From Girardia tigrina (Eukaryota): a DNA stretch of 60,967 nt. Numbering within the stretch: the first letter of the stretch is position 1; every line of letters begins with the position of its first letter. Positions 53,040 through 60,967 of this stretch are shown here, one piece after another. Location: positions 1 to 60,967 of the forward strand of contig MQRK01226612.1 in the NCBI GenBank assembly GCA_001938485.1, written 5' to 3'. The position numbers were made by a program, and so were the translations under genes. The notes below the pieces were generated by a model. The model worked only from the letters and a program-made list of their open reading frames with translations, was not told the origin of the DNA and made no database searches.

Positions 53040-55180
53040 TATGGATTCGAATTATTTTGTCTTGTAGTCGAAAAGAATATTTTTCTTAAGTCTCCATTTT
53101 TAGGTAACTGTCGTCCTGCCCAAGTAAGAACATAAGGGTCTCTTGCCCAATAATTGACTGCATCATATACCGCTTCCATCTATGGATCTCTCCCATGAAT
53201 ATCGACTGCATGGTCCGTCATTCCATCATTGATAACAATATGGTACTGTTGATATCCTCCCATTGATATTCTACTTGCGTACTGCATTAACAATTCCCAC
53301 AAATGGAAGGTAATGTACTGTCCATTCCTCAATTGATTATATATTTGTCGCATTTTAACAATCACGTGGTGTGTGTCCTCTCGCCCTTCCAGCAATACAT
53401 TTCCAAGTTCAAATATAGTTTGTATTTGCATAGGAACATAATATTTATTACTAATGACCGTGTCCTTCTTCATTTTTCCATTGACAAAATATTCCTTGTA
53501 TAGGTCGAATAACTCACTAATCAGAGCATATTTAATGTAATTCACATAACTCGCATCGTCATCTGGCGCACACGTTATCTCCGTTAATAGTTTTTCTCTG
53601 TCGTCTGTACGATAAGTTTCCACTGGGCTCACACCCAGGGTTATCATCTGTCAGAGCTCGGATCCCATAATGCAATACCGATTTGACTGATAATCCTTGA
53701 ATATCTCTAATTTCATTTCTCTGACTGTTGTCCGATGCCACACATCGGTGGCATGTAGTACTCGAAACTGGCATAATGGTCTAAATATCGCAGTGTGATC
53801 TTCGGGTTTCTAGCAGTCCATTTCGCGTAGAATCTTTTGTTCAATTGTTGCAACTCTACTTCTCTCTCCCATTCGTGATGTAAGTATATACTATTTAGGA
53901 TGTTGATTATACTTCTCAGAGGTCGAGTCTGATAATGATATAAGTCTATACCGTTTATTGGATCCATCAACACGTCGAGATTATCCAGTATTTCGTTCAT
54001 CACTGTCCTCAGTTGTAACTTTATTTCTGATTGTATCGGCGAGGGGGGGGGGGTATTGTAACGTTTCCAGCGAGATAGTTTCCCATGTTTCTATAGATGC
54101 TTCCCAATTACCCACATATAGTCGGTACTAGTTCTGCACCATCATTTGGATCGTAAAGGCCGTTGATAAATTCATAATGTTTAAAATATCTATGCCAATA
54201 TTTTTCTTCATGGTTCGATTTAAATTGTTGCAAGTAGTCGATGAATGGCTTAGCGAGCTTCTTTGCTTCAGCAGTCATTAATAACTCTACCACATTCCTG
54301 GCTATACTCCAGTTTCAACAAGATGTCTGGTCGGGTGATCTTCCGTTTACTAAAGGTGTGTACTCTTCTCCAAATCGATACCTGATCCTAGCTTTTAATT
54401 CTTTCGTTCGGAAGGACGTGACTTCCATTGACCTCGTTGTGTATTCTGGGCGCTCATGCAAATATGTGACGATTTTATACGCCGAAGCGTTTCATGTACC
54501 TTACAAACATGTCCATGTCTTCTCACGAAACTCCTTGATGGATTGTACAGGGCTATCGCAGCCTGTTTGTGGCTCATATGCTCCTGTAAATGTACTATAT
54601 ATTCCGTCCTTATGCTTCTTGGGATTTTCCAATATCCCTCAAATATCATTTCGATTTGTTGTCGTATCTCTGGACCATATACGCTCATCTGTTCAGTATC
54701 TTTAAAAAGCTCTTTACCACGCTGTTCTGGAAGATCCAGGATTCTCGAGTGAGTTTCTTCCAACATGTTTACTTCTCGTTGTTCGTCGTTACTCAGTGAT
54801 ATATCGTACTGCTCGTCTCTTCCATCGATATTTTCGTAATCCGATTTTCCCGATGGGTAAGAATGTCCGTACGTTGACTCTACTTCCTCAGTTCCTACTG
54901 GTGGTTCCGGTATATCTGTCTTACTGTCTTCTTCTTCTTGACTATGTGGCAATGATGGAAATATTGGAAGGTCTGGCTCTTGTTCTGTGAATAACTGTTA
55001 CATCGATTCTCCAACTTCGCTGTCTCGGGTTATAGTATAGATTTGATACGTTGCTTCTGCCTGATTGCTCCGTTTTTGCAGCTGATTCTTCTGTATTTCT
55101 TCCACTGACCTTTCGAATCGTCTCCAATCTCGCAAATGTTGATCATCCTCCCTGCTGACCTCATCTTATAGTAGATTAAT
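53040..55180 (-). pseudogene. Fragmented accessory coding region between gag and the UBL domain
   Basis: Chain of same-strand ORF pieces (54395-54952, 54108-54293, 53713-54003, 53180-53647) separated by isolated stops/frameshifts. Confidence 0.5.
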
Positions 55181-56800
55181 TGTCGGGTTGTTTCTCAATT
55201 GTACTGGCGGTTTCTGGTTTGCGACCTGTTGTTTGTTAGCTTGATAACTTGGTATTGTGGCTTTGTTCGTATTATTGCTGTTGTACCAACAGTTTCGAGT
55301 GCTGTGGCTCACTCAGTTACATATACCACACGCAACTGGTGCACCTTGGGAAGGGTTAACATTTCCTTCGTTTAGACGATTATTATTAGTTCCATTGTTT
55401 CCATTTTGTTTTCTCCAACAATTGATGTTGGAATGACCCATTTTCCACATAGGTCACACATTATTATCTGAGTGCAATCTCGAGCATAATTGCCTGGTTT
55501 CCTACACCGAAAACACATTAATATTCTCTTTTCTTTATTATTTGCCGATTGAGGACTGTTCCCTTGTAGTCCATTGTTATGGCAACGGTTCTGATTGTAC
55601 CCTCTTTATTAGGATTATTATTATTGTATTTCCCTTGTGGTTTTTGCTGCGGAGACGGGTTCGATCCTTGCCAGTCGTTATATATGTTCGGCTTGGACTT
55701 AATAGGTTTCGTGTCCCTTTGGTATGTGCGCCTTGATTGCCGTCGTTGATTGTTCTGTTCCCTCCTGAACACCCAATCGTTCTACTGCATAGATTTGTTG
55801 CTCCTTATTTTCTGTATCGTACACTGCAGCATGAGCTTGAGCCACCTGTACCGCCTTTTGGAATGTCTCCGATTTTTCTAGTGCTAAATTCTGTGCTGTC
55901 GGGGTGAATCGTATTCCTCTACCAAACAGTGAGATAAATTGTGACGGAAGAGTGATCACATCCCTTGACAATTTCGTTAGTGCATTGGCGTAATCTTGAA
56001 AAGACTCATGTCAACCTTGTTTTTTAGTGTGTAAAGCGTAAAACCGTTGCGTATCCGTCGTCGTAACTGGGAATGATTCTCTCAAAAATGCTTCATCCTG
56101 CTCCCAATTGCTTGGACCGTTCGTTGCTGCATCATTTATTCCATCCAAATACATATCCTCCACCGTATCGGATAAATAAAGCGGTAGCCTCACGTGCATT
56201 GCTTCGGCACTCCATCTATATGCCCTAGCATAAGTTTGGTATTTCCTCAAAAATGAATCCAATTTATTCGTGTCGCCACCAAATTTTTCTCCTGCGAATT
56301 TCGCATTATACTCAGATGAGTGTGGGGTTGCTGCTTGAGCTGTGCCTGACGGTGGATTTTCCATTTCCGTTACTGTATCCTCTTCCTCGTAACCGGTTAC
56401 GGGGAATGTCCTTATATATGATGGATTATGTCTTGCCTCGTTAATTGTAAGTTCTTCGGTACTTTGTAGTTCCTGTTCACTAAAGGTTTCTGACCCGCTT
56501 TCGATATTGTCTGATATAGGGTTTTTTTCTTGGGTTTTTTACTTTAACTTGTACTTTCGTGGGACGCTCTGGATTTATACGTAAAGGGGTTGAGCTTGAT
56601 CTTGGTTGTCTCTTTTGTCGTGGGGGTATTTGCTGTCGCTAAAACTGATCCTTCTCTAGGGGCTAGTAGTTGTGTGATACGGGTACTTCTTCTTGTGGGA
56701 ACAAGTGGTCGATTGGTTTCTCTGGCTTCCGAGATAGATTCCCTTTTATTTACCTTTGCGACTAGTTCTATATTCGTTGCTATTCTATCGTTCCGGTTAG
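55180..56800 (-). pseudogene. gag: Ty3/Gypsy-like gag with three CCHC zinc knuckles
   Basis: KFGGDTNKLDSFLRKY..W..LPLYLSD..W..LRESF..KKQG*HESFQDYA capsid pattern; CFRCRKPGNYARDC, CDLCGK-MGHSNINC, CGICN*VSHSTRNC. Confidence 0.85.
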
Positions 56801-57197
56801 TTTACCTAGCCTCGACTTTAATGTTCCAGTTTGTTTACCTCGACTACTATTACTCCGGTTAGTTTACCTCGACTCGATTTTTATCGTTGGTTTGGTATGA
56901 CGTTAGTCGTAACCTGAAATAAATATTAATTACTTATACCGAAGCATCCTTTCGGTATATTCTTTACAAACAAAAAAAAATCTATATCGAAATATTAAAA
57001 ACCATTTACTGAATCCCTTAGTATGTCTTAACGGTTAACTTTTTATTGATGTTGAGTCTTACTTGTCATATCGTTTATTCATTCTCTCTCTTTTTTGATA
57101 CTTTTAATTATTTTATTGTAATGACAAAACACCGAATTTAACTACATTAATATATATTGATACGACATAGAATACGTAAAATATAGTATCAAAATCA

Positions 57198-57596
57198 TCA
57201 CAAAATTGTTGTCATAATTTTTTCCTCATCCTCATCCTTGATCGCTTTCGAGTATGTGTCGATTGCGGCTTTTGTTTGCTCGATTTTTCTCATTTTGCGA
57301 TCAATTTTCATTAACAACTCTTCTCTTTTTGCACCGAGTATGTCTATTGTCAGCTGGGTCTGCTTCTCACAGTATCGCCGTCCTGACATATTCTCGTATG
57401 CTTGCCGCCGTTCTTTTATGTACTTGATTATTATCTCTCCCTGCTCCTTTTGGTTCATCAATATATTGTATTGTTTCTCCAGAGTTGATAATTTCTCCTC
57501 TATCTGGTTCAAGATTGTCATACTTGGAATACTACTTATACTGGCGGCTCCATGACTTGTCGAAGGTCGATTGTCCATTTTCTGAATCGAAATCAC
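57198..57596 (-). CDS. Short coiled-coil ORF in the retroelement leader, upstream of gag
   Basis: Intact ~126-132 aa frame, heptad-like charged helix, in AT-rich leader DNA. Confidence 0.5.
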   Translation of the reverse strand: MISIQKMDNRPSTSHGAASISSIPSMTILNQIEEKLSTLEKQYNILMNQKEQGEIIIKYIKERRQAYENMSGRRYCEKQTQLTIDILGAKREELLMKIDRKMRKIEQTKAAIDTYSKAIKDEDEEKIMTTIL

Positions 57597-58012
57597 ACCA
57601 TTAAACCTTATCTCTTCGTTTTTATCGTAATAATAATTGCACCATTATTTGTTCATTTATTTGCTCATAATTGTCTCACATTTTATTTAAAATTTTGCTT
57701 TTACATTTCAATTTACTTTAAATTTATTTTATCTTCTTCGACAAATATCTTTATCCACGCCTTCCGTGGCACCTATAATTTTTTTACCGCGCCTATCACG
57801 GTATATTTAAATCGAATCAATCGCCTTCTCTGACCTATATTTTTATGATTCTCACAAACCTCAATATATTTTATTAAATCGCTCTTTTGCACACATTTTT
57901 ATTCACTCATCGTAATCGGCATCCTTATCAATTTATTCGCCCTGATCGGCACAACTTTCATTTTATTAACCTTTTTTCGTCATAATTTTTATTTAAATCG
58001 CCTTTCGAATAT

Positions 58013-58027
58013 CTTCGGGGCCAAATT
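58013..58027 (-). promoter_or_regulatory. Putative primer-binding site and 3' end of the 5' LTR
   Basis: Minus strand ..TATCAACA-ATT-TGGCCCCGAAG; cognate tRNA not identified. Confidence 0.55.
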
Positions 58028-59391
58028 GTTGATAATATTTGGCGTGGTCGCCGTGTAAGTATTTTTGGACATTATAAATAATAAAATAACAATTAAGATC
58101 TTGATTACCACAAAATTTATATATATTCAAAAAATCTGCCAACTCTATATATTATTTAAGAAACTGGATTTTCATGAGTTTTTAATATAACAGTATTCGG
58201 GTTCAATTATAAATATATATACTTACTAAAATACTATACTAAATATATTTTACTTACATTTTAGTTTATTCGCCTTACTCGGCATATTTTATTTTACTCG
58301 CCATAATCGGCACACATTCCGCGTTTTTCTCAATTTATCTCTTTTTCGCTATTATCAGTCTCTTCGGTTCTCTTCGTACCTCCTAGGCAAGACACGCAAG
58401 AGTGCCTCATTTGTCCAGTTGTCATCTGGGTTCCCTACTGCGGCCCGAGTTGTTTACGGGACTTCCCCCGGATTTTTCCAGTGTCTCTCTCACCACCTTT
58501 GATCTCCGTGACGGTCACGGGGCATACGCCAATTTATTGGTCACGTATGGCACTTTCATATCACCCTGAGACCGGCTCCGTACGCAGACGTTAACGGTGA
58601 CAGTTTAACTTCTCTCCCGCATCTTTTCATCAGGTCGTAGGTCTCCTCGGTATGAGTCAGGTGACGCAGACCTTTAATACGCGAAAGATTTCCACGGGAT
58701 CTAAAAGAAAACAATATCGTAACGGTTTTTTCCTCCCAGGTTTCCACCCACTCTTCAAGTTAACAATACCCGTTCGAGCGATGTCCCCTTAGAATGGCCT
58801 GGACTCCCCAAAACGACAAAAGAAAACTTGTACTTTAAAACGAGAGAAGTGACTCATCGCCAATTGATCACACATTATACGAGGGCGACCGGTTGCGTCT
58901 CCGCGAGTCAGAGCCCAATCTGGTCGGATCCTTACGTCCCTTTCTTTTTCTTTTCGACCTTTTTGGCGGTGAAGCTAAAATTCCGCAATTCGAAGGGACT
59001 TTCGCCTCATACAGGCATAATTTTTCGATTTCGCCTCCCATAGGCATAAATATTTTCTTAATTATAGGCATAAATATTTTTCTCAAATTGCCATCATGGC
59101 ATAATTATTTTCCACATTTGCCATCGTGGCACTATCTTTTATTTCACTTTTATTTTATTCTCTTTTGAAATCAAATTGTTTATTCTCAATTTTAAACCTC
59201 TTTTTTATTGGTGCAACTCATTTCATCTCATTCAATTCCCGTTTCTCAGTTATCTGCTTATAATCTTTTAATCTTTTATTTTCGTCACTTATTGGATTTA
59301 AATCCCTTCAGCTCTATCTATTCCATAATGTCTCCCTGGTATATAATATAAGCTATTAAAGACAGATTTCCACTAAAAATTTTATTTATTA

Positions 59392-59770
59392 TTACAGATC
59401 TATGGTGAAGTCATCATCTTCCACATAGGCACTACTATAATTAATAGGTGCTAAAGCCCGTAATTGTCTTTTATAATTACCAATTAGTTGTTGTATGGTT
59501 CTCATATTCGTATCGCAGTCCCTTGCCAATTGTTCGAACTTTTCGATCCAGCCTTTCTTTTCCGCTATCAGCCTGAGTAGGTAAGGATGCTTTGGGTTCA
59601 GTTTTCCGAGAGTGTCCCGGGCTTTCTCCACTATGTTGAGAATTTTTTTCCTTCTCCCGGACTATATCAAGCAAGCCTTGCCTTGCGCTCCGCAATTTTT
59701 GGGTTATGATGCTGCGATTAACAGCCTCTGTCAACCCCTCTTTATGAGGATCCATCTTTATCTCTGCCAA
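59392..59770 (-). pseudogene. Second short coiled-coil ORF (one frameshift near 59630), within the putative 5' LTR
   Basis: Two overlapping ORFs (59477-59770, 59392-59631) join into a ~125-aa helical protein with an acidic tail. Confidence 0.4.
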
Positions 59771-60718
59771 TACGAATACTCAAAAGCAATTCGAACTTTC
59801 AGTGTGACACTGATAGCACTCGATATTGCCTTTGGCATCGTAAAGAAAAGGGAGGTGGATATAAACGAGCTCTATCGTCTCATCCCGCAGAAAACTGATC
59901 TATTGTAGTTTTTGCCATCGGATACTAGAATTTTCATCAAAAAAGAAGCCATATGTCCACCAGATCCACTCACCGAGCTACCCGTAGATTTAACGAATGA
60001 ATAACAATTGTTTATATAATTAACAATAATTGATTATTGATGTTTGATATATTTTATTTTATTTTATTTTACTTATCCTGTATACTAATTCTTTCATGTC
60101 TTGTTTTTATGTATTCCTATTTCTTTCACTTGTATTTTTTTTATTATTTATGGGGATATGACCTTCGTGCCCCTCCACGAATGTTGAGTATATACAATAA
60201 AAAATATAAAATTTAGTAAATGTATTGTGTTAATTAATGAGTAAAATAAAATTTATTTACTCTTATCATAATAAATATAAAATATATACAAATAATCAAA
60301 ACAAAATCAAATAAAAAGTAAATAATTCAAGTAAAATCAGAAAAAAAGTTATATTAGGAAAATAAATAAAAATTTTAGTTTAGTAAATAAAGTCGTATTT
60401 ATATATTAAAAAAAGTATAAAAGGAAGGAAAAAATGAAGGAGAACTCCCATTATTATTTTAAGTCTTTGAGTAAAAAGATAAAAATCACCTTAAAGGTCA
60501 TTCATAATTAATTCCATAAAGTACAAATTATATTTTGAAAAACTGTACACGTGGATGAACAGCAGTTGATTTATTTTTCCATGTAATCCAAATAATGACA
60601 GATTGAACAGTTGGTTTGCTTACGTATATAAAGAAAAAAGGAGAAAGACTCATAACTAGCAACGAGAAACATCAAAGCTGTACGAATTGTGTTTGACAAA
60701 ATATTATATATATATATA

Positions 60719-60967
60719 TTAGGTTGGTCGAAAAATAATGGCGGTTTTTGAGCTTTATACTTTGTTTATCTACTTTGATATGTATATAAGTTTAAATGCA
60801 TTAGTGTTAGATATTATTTGAAATCTTATGCCTATAGCCATTATTAATATATTGCTGTTATTTTTTAGAATATTTACGGTGCTAAATTAATAATGGAAAA
60901 AAATAAAATTCGAGCAATTTTCTTGTACGAATTTAAACTGGGTCGTAAAGCAGCAGAAACGGCTCGC
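60719..60967 (+). mobile_element. 5' end of a cecropia-subfamily (Hsmar1-like) mariner; transposase starts at 60893
   Basis: TA|TTAGGTTGGTCGAAAAATAATGGCGGTTTT TIR; MEKNKIRAIFLYEFKLGRKAAETAR. Confidence 0.9.

Larger units (their letters stand above)
46549..60006 (-). mobile_element. Large degraded LTR retroelement (Gypsy-like gag, accessory ORFs, env-like glycoprotein, no pol); boundaries approximate
   Basis: All long ORFs on the minus strand; CA-ATT-TGG PBS-like junction at 58027; gag with three knuckles; env-like ORF; PPT at 46918. Confidence 0.7.

Noticed and set aside
54041-54054. Poly-G run as a PPT or G-quadruplex
   Set aside because: Lies inside minus-strand coding remnants (poly-C, proline codons) with no adjacent LTR start; likely a homopolymer expansion causing a frameshift

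Overview
AT-rich eukaryotic DNA, most likely a planarian such as Schmidtea (inferred from the follistatin, short GT-AG introns and TE content). Two host genes lie on the + strand: the last four coding exons of an MFSD11/UNC-93-like transporter (16.9-37.5 kb) and, 564 bp downstream, a complete four-exon follistatin (38059-39913, 318 aa). Most other recognisable sequence is nested transposons. A Ty3/Gypsy element (1-6525) is interrupted by a solo LTR and a pogo/Tigger element, and there are also hAT, mariner, Tc1, MULE, Helitron-like and LINE remnants. The most unusual object is a degraded minus-strand LTR retroelement (~46.5-60 kb). It encodes a three-knuckle Gag running into a large accessory region with an integral ubiquitin-like domain, has no recognisable pol, and carries a chuvirus-like (class III-type) envelope glycoprotein and two short coiled-coil ORFs upstream of gag. 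Its putative 3' LTR region is packed with RFX X-box motifs.
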